Part shown: positions 36,544 through 47,281 of the stretch, piece by piece
Layout: each line of letters starts with the position of its first letter
Numbering within the stretch: the stretch's first letter is position 1
Source of the DNA: Usitatibacter sp.
Lineage (GTDB): Bacteria > Pseudomonadota > Gammaproteobacteria > Burkholderiales > Usitatibacteraceae
Assembly (NCBI GenBank): GCA_036271595.1
Contig: DATBAI010000013.1
Location: forward strand, 7,154-71,153
DNA length: 64,000 bases
Direction: 5' to 3'
Made by a program: the position numbers and the translations under genes
The notes under the pieces: generated by a model
What the model was told of the DNA's origin: nothing
Database searches by the model: none
Seen by the model: the letters and a program-made list of their open reading frames with translations, nothing else

Positions 36544-37770
36544 ATGCAGACGCAGCTCGCCGACTGGATCAAGGATTCCCCGCGCGGCCTCGAGGCCGAC
36601 TCGATCCTGCGCAAGTGCGTGCATTGCGGCTTCTGCCTCGCGACGTGTCCCACGTACACGCTGCTGGGCGACGAGCTGGACAGCCCGCGTGGGCGAATCT
36701 ATCTCATGAAGCAGATGCTCGAGGGCTCGCCCGTCACCGAGCGTACGCAGCGCCATCTCGATCGATGCCTCACCTGCCGCGCCTGCGAGACGACCTGTCC
36801 ATCGGGCGTCGAGTACGGAAGGCTCGTGAACATCGGCCGCGCTTTGGTGGAGGAGCGAGTGCCTCGTGCGCCGGGCGATCGCCTGAAGCGCTGGCTCCTC
36901 AAGTCGTTCATCCCGCGGCGCGGTCTCTTCTCGGTCGCCGTGGCGCTGGGCCGGGCATTCCGGCCGCTGCTGCCTGCATCGATCTCCGCGAAGCTCACCG
37001 CGCGCCGCGACGTGGGCTCCTGGCCCGAGGCGCGCCACCGTCGACGCATGCTCGTGTTGCAGGGCTGCGTGCAGCCCTCGCTCGCACCTTCCATCGACCC
37101 GGCCGCCGCCCGCGTGCTGGACCGCCTGGGCATCTCGCTGGTGCGCGTGCCGCGCGGTGTCTGCTGTGGCGCCGTGGCTTTCCATCTCGAGTACCAGGAG
37201 GAAGGCCTGGACTATGCGCGCGCCAACATCGACGCGTGGTGGCCGCATATCCAGGACGGCGCCGAGGCGATCGTGATCACCGCCAGCGGCTGTGGCACGC
37301 AGGTGAAGGAATACGGGCACCTCTTGAGCCACGATCCGGCCTACGCCGCGAAGGCGGCCCGCGTTTCCGCGCTGGCGAGGGACATTTCAGAGGTCGTCGC
37401 CGCGGAGCGTACGGCGCTCGCATCGCTGCCGAAATCCGCGGCCGCCCAGAAGATCGCGTTCCACTCGCCTTGCAGCCTCCAGCATGGGCTCAAGCTGACC
37501 GGCGTCGTGGAGTCGATCCTGGGCGATGCGGGATTCACGCTCACGCCGGTGCCCGATGCGCACTTGTGCTGCGGCTCCGCGGGCGCCTATTCGCTCCTGC
37601 AACCGGGCATCGCGAGGGACCTGCGGCGCAACAAGCTGACCGCGCTCGAGTCGGGAGGCCCGCAGCGGATCGCCACCGCGAACATCGGCTGCCTGTCGCA
37701 CCTGGACGCCGGCTCGCGCGTGCCCGTGGTCCACTGGATAGAGCTCCTCGACGCGAGGTTGAGGACGTAG
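36544..37770 (+). CDS. glcF: Glycolate oxidase iron-sulfur subunit
   Basis: CVHCGFCLATCPTY, CLTCRACETTCP, CCG domains, TANIGC. Confidence 0.93.
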   Translation: MQTQLADWIKDSPRGLEADSILRKCVHCGFCLATCPTYTLLGDELDSPRGRIYLMKQMLEGSPVTERTQRHLDRCLTCRACETTCPSGVEYGRLVNIGRALVEERVPRAPGDRLKRWLLKSFIPRRGLFSVAVALGRAFRPLLPASISAKLTARRDVGSWPEARHRRRMLVLQGCVQPSLAPSIDPAAARVLDRLGISLVRVPRGVCCGAVAFHLEYQEEGLDYARANIDAWWPHIQDGAEAIVITASGCGTQVKEYGHLLSHDPAYAAKAARVSALARDISEVVAAERTALASLPKSAAAQKIAFHSPCSLQHGLKLTGVVESILGDAGFTLTPVPDAHLCCGSAGAYSLLQPGIARDLRRNKLTALESGGPQRIATANIGCLSHLDAGSRVPVVHWIELLDARLRT

Positions 37771-37785
37771 CCCAGCGGCGGGGCC

Positions 37786-39435
37786 CTACCTGCGATAGAG
37801 CAGGAACATCTCGCCCTTGTCGCCGGGGCGCGAGGTGCGATACGGCTCGCCCCAGCCCACGGGCGAGGGCAGCTTCGAGGGTGCGGCCTGCACGAGGAGC
37901 GCATCGCAGCGCGACGCCGCGGGATCGTTCTCCGGAAGCGTTCGGATACCGGCGAAGTAATCGAGGAGCGCGCGCTGTGCATCGCCCACGTTGCGCCGCG
38001 CGATGCAGGTCGGCGCCGGCGACAACTTGGCGGCGAGGCGCGCGGCCACGCTTCGGTAGCTCCTCGCCTGGTCCACCAGCGGCAGTCCGAGCGTCATCAC
38101 CAGCATCCAGACCATCGTGATGCCCGCCGCCCAGTTCACGAGCGCGCGTCGCGTGGAACGCAGCGAGCGCGCGACCACGACGACCCAGACCAGCGTGAGG
38201 AGCGAGGCGAGAGCGAAGGCCACGAAGCTGAACGGGTAGCGGAAGCCCGGCACCTCGCGCGCGATCGCCATCGCGATGGCTTCGGGGCGCCCCGTCATGG
38301 CCGCCACGTATCCGAGCCAGAGCGCCGCGCCCAGCGAGAGGAACGTCATCATGCCGAACCAGTCGAGCGCGCTCGCCGCGCCTCGCGGAAGCGTGTCCAG
38401 CTCGGCGACACCGAGGAGGGCGAGCGGAAGCAGCAGGGTCAAGCCGTTGGCGACGCGCGCGTCCCCGAAGATCGAGGTCACCACGAAGAACGCGACGAAC
38501 GCGAGGAGCGGCAGCATGAGGTCGCGCCGCTGCGTGAGCGTGTGGCGGGCCCGGTAGAGCGTCCATGCGGCGAGCGGCAGCGCCGGCCACGCGTACCACG
38601 GCAGGATCCGCGCGAAGTAGAACACCTCGCCGATGGCGTCCGGGCTGATGGGGCTGCTCCAGCGCGAGGTGAGGGCGTTGTCGAGCCATGCCGAGAGCGC
38701 ACCGGGCGTGACGATCGCGAGCGCGATCGGCCAGAGCGCGAGGAGCGGAGCGGCCACCACGAGCGCGATCCCCGCCGTGCCGGCATATTGGCGAGTGCGC
38801 CAGAAGGGGCTCGCCGCAGGCAGCAAGGCCATCGTGGCGACCAGGATGCCGGCCGGAAGGAAGCCGTTACCGAGAAATCCCACGCCAACGCCCGCTCCCG
38901 CCAATACGCCGCCCAGCCACGGACGGCGCGCGGCCAGGACGAGGCCGTAGAGGCAGAGGGCAACGCCGGTGAGGCCGGCCAGGTCCGGCAGCATCTCGTG
39001 CGCATGGGGAAGCAGGCCCAGGCAGCCGATGAAGAGGAGGACCGCCAGCCGAAGGCCTCCCCGAAGCTCCAGGCTGGCCGCGGAGAGGAGCGCCAGGGTG
39101 GCCGCCATGAAGACCCCGGCCGCGAGGCGCGCGGCGTCGTGGACCGGCATGAAGCCGCCGAACAGCTTGGCGCAGAGGGCCGCCACCCACATGAAGAGCG
39201 GCGCCTTGTCGAGGTAGGGCTCGCCCGCGAGGTGGAAGGCGATCCAGTCGCCGCTTCGCAGCATGTCGGCGACGATCCCGAAGACGATCGCCTCGTCGTA
39301 CTTCCAGGGATCGTGGCCGACCAACCCCGGCACGAGCCACGCGAAACACACGATGAGGAAGAGGAGCGTCTTCGTCGGCGTGCGCGTGCCGTCGAAGGAG
39401 ATCATGCCTCGCAGCGTCTCGTCGGTGGCGGCCAT
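37786..39435 (-). CDS. ArnT/GT-C (family 39-like) membrane glycosyltransferase
   Basis: HDPWKYDE, EPYLDKAPL, multiple TM helices, WYAWPALPLA. Confidence 0.8.
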   Translation of the reverse strand: MAATDETLRGMISFDGTRTPTKTLLFLIVCFAWLVPGLVGHDPWKYDEAIVFGIVADMLRSGDWIAFHLAGEPYLDKAPLFMWVAALCAKLFGGFMPVHDAARLAAGVFMAATLALLSAASLELRGGLRLAVLLFIGCLGLLPHAHEMLPDLAGLTGVALCLYGLVLAARRPWLGGVLAGAGVGVGFLGNGFLPAGILVATMALLPAASPFWRTRQYAGTAGIALVVAAPLLALWPIALAIVTPGALSAWLDNALTSRWSSPISPDAIGEVFYFARILPWYAWPALPLAAWTLYRARHTLTQRRDLMLPLLAFVAFFVVTSIFGDARVANGLTLLLPLALLGVAELDTLPRGAASALDWFGMMTFLSLGAALWLGYVAAMTGRPEAIAMAIAREVPGFRYPFSFVAFALASLLTLVWVVVVARSLRSTRRALVNWAAGITMVWMLVMTLGLPLVDQARSYRSVAARLAAKLSPAPTCIARRNVGDAQRALLDYFAGIRTLPENDPAASRCDALLVQAAPSKLPSPVGWGEPYRTSRPGDKGEMFLLYRR

Positions 39436-39448
39436 GGGCGATTTAAGC

Positions 39449-39475
39449 AAAAAAGGCAGCCCGGGGGCTGCCTTT
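39449..39475 (-). terminator. Rho-independent terminator of rpmE2
   Basis: Stem AAAGGCAGCC/GGCTGCCTTT with 4-nt loop, followed by a T-run on the minus strand. Confidence 0.75.
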
Positions 39476-39495
39476 CGTGGTCTTCGCGAGCAGGG

Positions 39496-39762
39496 TTACT
39501 CGGCGGCCTTGGCCGTGCCCTTGCGCGCGTAGCGCTTCTTGAACTTGTCCACGCGGCCCGCGGTGTCCACGATCTTCTGCTTGCCGGTGTAGAACGGGTG
39601 GGACTCGGCCGAGATCTCGATCTTGTAGACCGGGTACTCCTTGCCGTCCTTCCACTTGATGGTTTCGTTGGTCGCGACCGTGGAGCGGGTCACGAAGCCG
39701 AAATCGCAGCTGGTGTCGAGAAACACGACCTCGCGGTAGTTGGGATGGATGCCGTCTTTCAT
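39496..39762 (-). CDS. rpmE2: 50S ribosomal protein L31 type B
   Basis: [37 protein letters not shown]; no zinc ribbon. Confidence 0.95.
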   Translation of the reverse strand: MKDGIHPNYREVVFLDTSCDFGFVTRSTVATNETIKWKDGKEYPVYKIEISAESHPFYTGKQKIVDTAGRVDKFKKRYARKGTAKAAE

Positions 39763-39823
39763 GATGGTCGCCTTGTGGGTGGGCACGAACTTATTCTGCT
39801 TTCAACCTGCCCAGGAATCACTG

Positions 39824-39852
39824 ATTATCCCAGAAAACCCCAATCAAAGCAA
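39824..39852 (-). promoter_or_regulatory. sigma70 promoter of rpmE2 (TTGCTT-17-GATAAT, extended -10 TG)
   Basis: Direct reading in an AT-richer intergenic segment. Confidence 0.55.
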
Positions 39853-39996
39853 GGGGTTGTTACCGTTCCTCGTGCTGAGCCAGGTATTTGAGCGGACAGG
39901 GTTTTTTGGCCCGGAGCGTGCTTTGCCGAGACATGTTGACCGGCGCCCGCTGGCGTCCGGTCCAACAAGGCGCCCGGCTGCCCTTTTACCGTGCGC

Positions 39997-41256
39997 CTAT
40001 CCCTTCTTCATGGAGTTGAAGAATTCGTCGTTGTTCTTGGTCGCCCGCAGCTTGTCGAGCAGGAATTCCGTGGCCTCGAGCTCGTCCATGCCGAAGAGGA
40101 GCTTCCTCAGGATCCACACCTTGGGAAGGATCTCCGGTGCGATCAGCAGCTCTTCGCGGCGGGTGCCGGATCGGTTCACGTTGAGCGAGGGGTAGATGCG
40201 CTTCTCGGCCATGCGGCGATCCAGGTGGATCTCCATGTTGCCGGTGCCCTTGAATTCCTCGTAGATCACGTCGTCCATGCGCGACCCGGTGTCGATCAGC
40301 GCGGTGGCGATGATCGTGAGCGAGCCGCCTTCCTCGACGTTCCTCGCGGCGCCGAAGAAGCGCTTGGGGCGCTGCAGCGCGTTGGAATCGACGCCGCCCG
40401 TCAGCACCTTGCCGGAGGCCGGCACCACGGTGTTGTAGGCGCGCGCGAGGCGCGTGATCGAATCGAGGAGGATCACGACGTCCTTCTTGTGCTCGACCAG
40501 GCGCTTCGCCTTCTCGATCACCATCTCCGCCACTTGCACGTGGCGCGTGGCCGGCTCGTCGAACGTGGAGGCCACCACCTCGCCGCGCACGGTGCGCGTC
40601 ATCTCGGTCACTTCCTCGGGGCGCTCGTCGATCAGCAGCACGATGAGGACGGCCTCCGGATGGTTCGCGGTGATGGCGTGCGCCATGTGCTGCATGAGCA
40701 CCGTCTTGCCGGCCTTGGGCGGGGAGACGATGAGGCCGCGCTGGCCCTTGCCGATGGGCGCGATGATGTCCATCACGCGGCCGGTGAGGTTCTCCTCGGC
40801 CTTGATGTCGCGCTCGAGCTGCATCACCTCATCGGGGTGCAGCGGCGTGAGGTTCTCGAAGAGGATCTTGCTCTTCGCGTTCTCCGGCGGCTCGCCGTTC
40901 ACCGTGTCGACCTTCACCAGCGCGAAGTAGCGCTCGCCGTCCTTGGGCGTGCGGATCTCGCCCACGATCGAGTCGCCGGTGTGCAGGTTGAATCGCCGGA
41001 TCTGCGAGGGCGAGACGTAGATGTCGTCGGGGCCCGCGAGGTAGCTCGTGTCGGGCGAGCGCAGGAAGCCGAAGCCGTCCTGGAGCACTTCGAGCGTGCC
41101 GTCGCCGAAGATCGCCTCGCCCTTCTTCGCGTGGCTCTTCAGCAGGGCGAAGACGAGCTCCTGCTTGCGCAGCCGGTTGGCGCCCTCGAGCTCGGCCGTG
41201 TTGGCCATGTCGACGAGCTCCTGGACGTGCTTGAGTTTCAGGTCGGATAGGTGCAT
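39997..41256 (-). CDS. rho: Transcription termination factor Rho
   Basis: [56 protein letters not shown]. Confidence 0.98.
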   Translation of the reverse strand: MHLSDLKLKHVQELVDMANTAELEGANRLRKQELVFALLKSHAKKGEAIFGDGTLEVLQDGFGFLRSPDTSYLAGPDDIYVSPSQIRRFNLHTGDSIVGEIRTPKDGERYFALVKVDTVNGEPPENAKSKILFENLTPLHPDEVMQLERDIKAEENLTGRVMDIIAPIGKGQRGLIVSPPKAGKTVLMQHMAHAITANHPEAVLIVLLIDERPEEVTEMTRTVRGEVVASTFDEPATRHVQVAEMVIEKAKRLVEHKKDVVILLDSITRLARAYNTVVPASGKVLTGGVDSNALQRPKRFFGAARNVEEGGSLTIIATALIDTGSRMDDVIYEEFKGTGNMEIHLDRRMAEKRIYPSLNVNRSGTRREELLIAPEILPKVWILRKLLFGMDELEATEFLLDKLRATKNNDEFFNSMKKG

Positions 41257-41402
41257 GCCGCGGTCCTACGAGGAGGGTTTGGGTGAACGAGCCCGGAAGA
41301 CCTCACGGGCCGGCAATACGAACGAAGTGGGATGGGCCTGGCGAAGAAACTACGCTGCGGGGGTCAAGCGGGTGCGGCCAGGATGGATCGAGGTTATCGG
41401 GT

Positions 41403-41729
41403 TCAGATATTGCTGTCAATGAAGGCGGCGAGCTGCGTCTTCGAGAGCGCACCGACCTTGGTCGCCTCGACCGCGCCGTTCTTGAAGAGCATGAGCGTCG
41501 GGATCCCACGGATGCCGTACTTGGGCGGGGTCGACTGGTTTTCGTCGATGTTCAGCTTGGCGACTTTCAGGCGCCCGGAGTATTCGCTCGCGATCTGGTC
41601 GAGCGCGGGGGCGATCATCTTGCACGGGCCGCACCACTCGGCCCAGTAGTCGACCAGCACGGGCGTCTGCGATTGCAGCACTTCGCTCTCGAACGTGTCG
41701 TCGGTGATATGAACGATCTTCTCGGCCAT
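41403..41729 (-). CDS. trxA: Thioredoxin
   Basis: [17 protein letters not shown]. Confidence 0.97.
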   Translation of the reverse strand: MAEKIVHITDDTFESEVLQSQTPVLVDYWAEWCGPCKMIAPALDQIASEYSGRLKVAKLNIDENQSTPPKYGIRGIPTLMLFKNGAVEATKVGALSKTQLAAFIDSNI

Positions 41730-41920
41730 GTTTCCTCTGCGTATTGGATTTGGTGCCCGGAGGGATGGGGTTCGGGGGAGAACCGGGGGCGCCTTTATGG
41801 CCATCATCGTAGACCAAAACCCGGCGCCCGGGCAAAGAGCCGGGTTGGGAGCCCATCCGCCCTCTGATAAAATGGCAGTCTTTTCCAATCTTTCAAGCCC
41901 GTGGCGAGAGAGGCCGTGCG

Positions 41921-42244
41921 ATGACTTACGTGGTGACCGAGTCCTGCGTCAAATGCAAGTACACCGATTGCGTGGACGTCTGCCCGGTCGACTGCTTCCG
42001 CGAGGGCCCGAACATGCTCGTGATCGACCCGGACGAGTGCATCGACTGCACCCTCTGCGTGGCCGAGTGCCCCGTCGAGGCGATCTTCGCCGAGGACGAC
42101 GTCCCCGCGGCCCAGAAGGAATTCATCGCCATCAACGCCGAGCTCTGCAAGGTCTGGAAGCCGCTGGTGGAGCGCAAGCCCGCGCCTCCCGACGCCGACG
42201 AGTGGAAGGAAGTGAAGGACAAGAAGGGCCTCATCGAGCGCTGA
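41921..42244 (+). CDS. fdxA: 7Fe ferredoxin
   Basis: [18 protein letters not shown]; [12 protein letters not shown]. Confidence 0.93.
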   Translation: MTYVVTESCVKCKYTDCVDVCPVDCFREGPNMLVIDPDECIDCTLCVAECPVEAIFAEDDVPAAQKEFIAINAELCKVWKPLVERKPAPPDADEWKEVKDKKGLIER

Positions 42245-42330
42245 TGTAACGGCGCTAGGAGGGCCCCGCCGCGGGGCCTAGAATGACGGTGAGAATCCCC
42301 ATCCATGGGGACGGCATGAGGAGCGGCGAG

Positions 42331-44019
42331 ATGCAGGATGAGGGCCAAGCCGACGTCGCGTCCGTGCTCGCCGTGCTGGGCGCTCGCCGCGACGACCTCC
42401 AGGTTGCGCAAGGCCTGATCGAGGTGCTGCCCATCCCGGTCTTCTTCAAGGCCCGCGACGGGCGCTACCTCGGCGTGAACCGCGCGTGGGAGGATTTCTT
42501 CGGGATACAGCGCTCCGACGTCGCAGGCGTCGCGGTCGGCGATCTCTACCCCGCCTCGCCGCAGGTGGCCGCGCGCCACCAGGCGATGGACGAGGAGCTC
42601 TGGGCCAATCCGGGCCGCCAGAGCTACGAGATCCAGCTCGTGATGCGCGATGGCCGGGTGCGCCACACGATCTACTACAAGGCGACCTTCCAGGGGCCCG
42701 ACGGCGGCGTGGCCGGCCTCATCGGCACCATCGTCGACATCACCGAGCGCAAGCAGTCCGAGCAGCGCGAGGCGATCGAGAACGCCGTCGCGCGCTACCT
42801 GGGAAGCACCGAGTCGCTCGCCGACGCGATCCGGGGAATCATGCAGGTGATGTGCGAGCGCCTCGACTGGGCGTGCGCCGCGCGCTGGACGCTCGACCCG
42901 GCGGCCAACCGGCTGCACTGCGTCGAGACCTGGAGCGAGGACGACCCCAGGGTGCGCTCGTTCCTCGAAGCGAGCGGCCGCGAGACCTTCGTGCCCGGAA
43001 CGAGCGGCCTCATCCGCCGCGTGCTCGCCACCGGCAACTCCGTGTGGGTGGCCGACGTGACCGAGAAGCCGGATTTCCTGCGCGGGCCGCTCGCGAAGTC
43101 CTGCGGCCTGCACGGCGCCTTCGCGCTCCCGGTGCTCATGGGCGAGAAGGTGCTGGGCGCGATCGAATTTTTCTCCCATGAGCCGCGCCACCCCGACAAG
43201 TGGCTGCTGCAGATCACCGTGAGCGTGGGCCGGCAGATCGGCCAGCTCATGGCGCGGCGCGAGGCGGAGGACGAGGCGCGCCTCGCCCACGACGAGCTGC
43301 AGGTGAAGGCGCGCGAGCTCGAGCGCTCCAACGAGGAGCTGCAGCAGTTCGCCTACGTCGCTTCCCACGATCTGCAGGAGCCGCTGCGCATGGTGTCGTC
43401 GTACACGCAGCTCCTCGAGCGGCGCTACGGCGATCGCTTCGACGGCGACGCGAAGGAGTTCATGGAGTTCATCGTGGACGGCGCGGCGCGCATGAAGCAG
43501 CTGATCGAGGACCTCCTCACCTATTCCCGCGTCGGCACGCGCGGGCGGGAGATCGCGCTCACCTCGAGCGCGGCGGCGCTGGACAAGGCGCTGGTGAACC
43601 TTCGCGCCTCGCAGGAGGCGAGCGGGGCCCGGGTGACCCACGGCGACATGCCCGAAGTCCTCGCCGACGCGACGCAGCTCACGCAGCTTTTCCAGAACCT
43701 GGTCGGCAACGCGATGAAGTTTCGCGCCGGCGAGGACCCGCGCATCCACGTGAGCGCCGATACACGCGACAAGGTCTGGGTCTTCACCGTGCGCGACAAC
43801 GGCATCGGCCTCGACCCGCAATACGCCGACCGCATCTTCATGATGTTCCAGAGGCTGCACAACAAGGCGGAATATCCCGGCACCGGCATCGGCCTCGCGA
43901 TCTGCAAGAAGATCGTCGAGCGCCACGGCGGCCACATCTGGGTCGAGTCGCGGCCCGGCGAGGGCGCGACGTTCGGCTTCACGCTCGCACGTTCCGATGC
44001 CGGCGGCAGCCATCATTGA
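42331..44019 (+). CDS. PAS-GAF sensor histidine kinase
   Basis: PAS (FFKARDGRYLGVN), GAF, ASHDLQEPLR, QNLVGNA, DNGIG, GTGIGL; start chosen from the AGGAG RBS. Confidence 0.88.
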   Translation: MQDEGQADVASVLAVLGARRDDLQVAQGLIEVLPIPVFFKARDGRYLGVNRAWEDFFGIQRSDVAGVAVGDLYPASPQVAARHQAMDEELWANPGRQSYEIQLVMRDGRVRHTIYYKATFQGPDGGVAGLIGTIVDITERKQSEQREAIENAVARYLGSTESLADAIRGIMQVMCERLDWACAARWTLDPAANRLHCVETWSEDDPRVRSFLEASGRETFVPGTSGLIRRVLATGNSVWVADVTEKPDFLRGPLAKSCGLHGAFALPVLMGEKVLGAIEFFSHEPRHPDKWLLQITVSVGRQIGQLMARREAEDEARLAHDELQVKARELERSNEELQQFAYVASHDLQEPLRMVSSYTQLLERRYGDRFDGDAKEFMEFIVDGAARMKQLIEDLLTYSRVGTRGREIALTSSAAALDKALVNLRASQEASGARVTHGDMPEVLADATQLTQLFQNLVGNAMKFRAGEDPRIHVSADTRDKVWVFTVRDNGIGLDPQYADRIFMMFQRLHNKAEYPGTGIGLAICKKIVERHGGHIWVESRPGEGATFGFTLARSDAGGSHH

Positions 44020-44032
44020 AAGGGGAACGACG

Positions 44033-44485
44033 ATGATCCGCAGCGCTGAAGACTCGCCACCGGTGGAGATCCTCCTCGTGGAGGACAACCCGGGCGACCA
44101 CCGCCTCACCAAGGAGGCGCTCCACGAAGGCAAGGTCTACAACAACCTGCACTGGGTGACCGATGGCGTGGAGGCGATCGAATTCCTCAAGCAACGCGGC
44201 AAGCACGCGAAGGCGCCGCGGCCCGACATCATCCTGCTGGACCTGAACCTGCCCAAGAAGGACGGGCGCGAGGTGCTCTCCGAGATCAAGCAGGATCCGG
44301 CGCTGCGAGCGATCCCCGTCGTGATCCTCACCACGTCGAAGGCCGAGGAGGACGTGCTGAAGAGCTACGACCTGCACGCCAACTGCTACGTGACCAAGCC
44401 CGTGGACCTCGAGAAGTTCATCGTCGTGATCCAGTCCATCGACCGCTTCTGGCTTTCGGTCGTGACCCTCCCGCCCGTCAAATGA
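44033..44485 (+). CDS. Single-domain response regulator (Rcp1-like)
   Basis: [23 protein letters not shown]. Confidence 0.9.
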   Translation: MIRSAEDSPPVEILLVEDNPGDHRLTKEALHEGKVYNNLHWVTDGVEAIEFLKQRGKHAKAPRPDIILLDLNLPKKDGREVLSEIKQDPALRAIPVVILTTSKAEEDVLKSYDLHANCYVTKPVDLEKFIVVIQSIDRFWLSVVTLPPVK

Positions 44486-44498
44486 AATCCTCGCCCGA

Positions 44499-46223
44499 AT
44501 GAAGTCCGAGAATCCCGGCCAGCAGGTCCTCCTCATCGAGGACAACCCCGGCGACGCGCGCCTCATCCGCGAGATGCTGTCGGAGGAGCCGGCCCGGGTG
44601 GAGTTCCGCCTGAAGCACGCGGACCGCCTCTCGCGAGGGCTGGAAGTGCTCGCGCAGAAGGATGTGTCGCTCGTGCTGCTGGACCTCTCGCTGCCGGACA
44701 GCCACGGCCTGGACACCTTCTCCAAGGTCTACGCGCATTCGCCCGACGTGCCGATCATCGTGCTCTCGGGCAACGACGACCAGCAGCTCGCGCTCTACGC
44801 GGTGAAGAGCGGCGCGCAGGACTACCTGGTGAAGGGAAAGATCGACCGGGAGCTGCTGCTGAAGGCGATGCAATACTCGATCGAGAGGAAGCGCTACCAG
44901 CAGGAGCTGGAGCGCCAGGCCAACTACGACGGCCTCACCGGGCTTCCCAACCGGCACCTCTTCCACGACCGGTTGAAGCAGGCCGTGTTCACGCAGAGGA
45001 ACACGCGCTCGATCGCGGTGGTCTTCATCGACCTCGACCATTTCAAGGTCATCAACGATTCCCTCGGCCATAACTTCGGCGACGAGGTCCTGCGCCACGT
45101 GGGTGAGAGGCTGCAGGGCGCGGTGCGCGACGGCGATACCGTGGCGCGCCTGGGCGGCGACGAGTTCGTGCTGATCCTCTCCGACCAGACGCGCGAGGAC
45201 GTGATCTTCCGCACCATGCGCCGCTTGATCGCCCGGGTGAGCGAGCCCATCGAGATCGGCGAGCGCGAGCTGAACATCACGTGCAGCGCCGGGATCAGCC
45301 TCTATCCACAGGATGGGCCCGACGTGCAGACGCTGCTGAAGAATGCCGACGCCGCGATGTACCGCGCGAAGAGCCAGGGCCGCAACACGTTCCAGTTCTA
45401 CACGGCGGAGATGAACGAGCTCGCCAACGAGCGCCTGTCCATGGAGCAGAGCCTGAGGCGCGCCATCGACCGCGACGAGCTGCTGCTCCACTACCAGCCC
45501 CGCGTGGACCTCGCCACGGGGCGCGTGGACGCGGTGGAGGCGCTGGTGCGCTGGCGGCACCCGGAGCGCGGACTGATCCTTCCCGATCGATTCATCCCGC
45601 TCGCCGAGGAAACGGGCCTCATCGTTCCCATCGGCGACTGGGTGCTGCGTACCGCGTGCGCGCAGGGCCGCGCCTGGCGCAACGCCGGCTTCCAGCCCGT
45701 GATCTCGGTGAATCTCTCGGCGCGCCAGCTCTGGGGAGGCGGCCTCGTGCGCAGCGTCGCCGACGTGATCCACAAGACCGGCATGGCCGGGCACCTCGAG
45801 CTGGAGCTCACCGAGAGCATGGTGATGCACGATCCGGAGAATGTCGTGCAGACGATGCAGGACCTTCGCGGCATCGGCGTGCGACTCTCGGTGGACGACT
45901 TCGGCACCGGCTACTCGAGCCTTTCCTACCTGCGCCGCTTGCCGCTCACGGCGCTCAAGATCGACGGCTCGTTCGTGCGCGACATCACGAGCGGCGGCCC
46001 GGACCAGGGACTCATCGCCAAGGCCGTCATCTCGCTCGGCCATAGCCTGCACCTGCGCGTGATCGCCGAAGGCGTGGAGACCGAGGAGCACCGCCGCTTC
46101 CTCGAAGCCCACGACTGCGACGAGATCCAGGGCTTTCTCATCAGCAAGCCCGTGCCGCCGGAGCAGTGCCAGAAATTCTTCGGCACCGTCGTCGTGGCGA
46201 ACTTCGAGAGCGAAGGAAGCTAG
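44499..46223 (+). CDS. REC-GGDEF-EAL protein
   Basis: IEDNPGD receiver, [21 protein letters not shown]. Confidence 0.92.
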   Translation: MKSENPGQQVLLIEDNPGDARLIREMLSEEPARVEFRLKHADRLSRGLEVLAQKDVSLVLLDLSLPDSHGLDTFSKVYAHSPDVPIIVLSGNDDQQLALYAVKSGAQDYLVKGKIDRELLLKAMQYSIERKRYQQELERQANYDGLTGLPNRHLFHDRLKQAVFTQRNTRSIAVVFIDLDHFKVINDSLGHNFGDEVLRHVGERLQGAVRDGDTVARLGGDEFVLILSDQTREDVIFRTMRRLIARVSEPIEIGERELNITCSAGISLYPQDGPDVQTLLKNADAAMYRAKSQGRNTFQFYTAEMNELANERLSMEQSLRRAIDRDELLLHYQPRVDLATGRVDAVEALVRWRHPERGLILPDRFIPLAEETGLIVPIGDWVLRTACAQGRAWRNAGFQPVISVNLSARQLWGGGLVRSVADVIHKTGMAGHLELELTESMVMHDPENVVQTMQDLRGIGVRLSVDDFGTGYSSLSYLRRLPLTALKIDGSFVRDITSGGPDQGLIAKAVISLGHSLHLRVIAEGVETEEHRRFLEAHDCDEIQGFLISKPVPPEQCQKFFGTVVVANFESEGS

Positions 46224-46282
46224 CGCCGGCTCGAGATTTCCCGCGCCCCCGCCCTTTGGCGTCACCCCGAGCACAAACGCAG
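46223..46282. repeat. Solo copy of the REP-like repeat between convergent genes
   Basis: Matches the reverse complement of 30679-30739 with 3 substitutions and 1 indel. Confidence 0.8.
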
Positions 46283-46294
46283 CCCCGAAAGTAA

Positions 46295-47281
46295 CTAGTC
46301 GTACAGCTTCTTCGCCGCCTTCCCGCCGAAGATGCGATACGAGAGGATCGTGTACGCCACGATGAACGGCAGCACGATCGCGGTCCCCAGCAGGAGCGCC
46401 CGCTGTCCCGAAGGATGCGCCGCCGCCTCCCAGATCGTGAGCTGGTCGATGACCACGTACGGGAAGATGCTGTAGGCGAGCCCGAGGAAGGAGAGCGTGA
46501 AGATCCCAACGGCCATGGCATAGGGCACCCACTCGCGCTTCCAATGCCCGCCGGGCCGCGTGGCCCTCCAGAGCGCGAACCACGTCACCGCCGTGGCGAT
46601 CGGAAGGATCATCACCCAGAGCGTGCCCGGGAAGTCGAACCACTTCGCGCGCACCGTATCGCTCACGAGGGGGGTCGCGAGGCTCACGAGCGCCACTCCG
46701 AAGGCGACCCACAGGAGCCCCCAGCGCGACCATGCGCGCGCCTTCGCCTGGAGCTCGCCCTCGGTCTTGTAGACGAGCCAGGTCGCGCCGAGGAGCACGT
46801 AGCCGCCGCAGAGGCTCGCTCCCGTCACGAACGCGAAGATCCAATAGCCGAATCCGCTCGCGAAGCCCGTGACGTAGCGACCGAGCATGACGCCCTGCCA
46901 GAAGGACGCCCCGAAGGAGCCGGCCCAGAAGAGCCAGTTCCAGAGGTCGCGATGCCAGCCGTGGGCTTTCACCCGCAGCTCGAAGGCAACGCCGCGCAAC
47001 ATGAGGCTCACCAGCATCGCGACGACCGGCAGGTACAACGCACCCAGCACGACGCCGTGCGCCTTCGGAAATGCCGCGAGCAACACGCCGATCCCGAGCA
47101 CGAGCCAGGTCTCGTTCGCGTCCCAGAACGGCCCGATGGAAGACACCATGAACGATTGCTCGTCTTCGCTGGCCGCGGGCATCAGCATTCCCACGCCCAG
47201 GTCGTAGCCGTCGAGCACGACGTAGACGAGGACCGACGCGCCCATGATCACCACGAAGACGAGGGCGAGATCCATGGTCAT
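46295..47281 (-). CDS. cydB: Cytochrome bd ubiquinol oxidase subunit II (Cio-type)
   Basis: LDGYDLGVG, IGPFWDANETWLVL, LRGVAFE, YSIFPY. Confidence 0.92.
   Translation of the reverse strand: MTMDLALVFVVIMGASVLVYVVLDGYDLGVGMLMPAASEDEQSFMVSSIGPFWDANETWLVLGIGVLLAAFPKAHGVVLGALYLPVVAMLVSLMLRGVAFELRVKAHGWHRDLWNWLFWAGSFGASFWQGVMLGRYVTGFASGFGYWIFAFVTGASLCGGYVLLGATWLVYKTEGELQAKARAWSRWGLLWVAFGVALVSLATPLVSDTVRAKWFDFPGTLWVMILPIATAVTWFALWRATRPGGHWKREWVPYAMAVGIFTLSFLGLAYSIFPYVVIDQLTIWEAAAHPSGQRALLLGTAIVLPFIVAYTILSYRIFGGKAAKKLYD

Noticed and set aside
39496-39762. Zinc-free L31 as a sign of zinc-starvation remodelling
   Set aside because: Type B L31 beside rho is the normal arrangement in this group, and no Zur box was recognised.
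42283-46223. PAS-GAF kinase/Rcp1-like regulator/REC-GGDEF-EAL cluster as a phytochrome system
   Set aside because: No PHY domain or chromophore-binding motif was recognised; this is a common signalling module.
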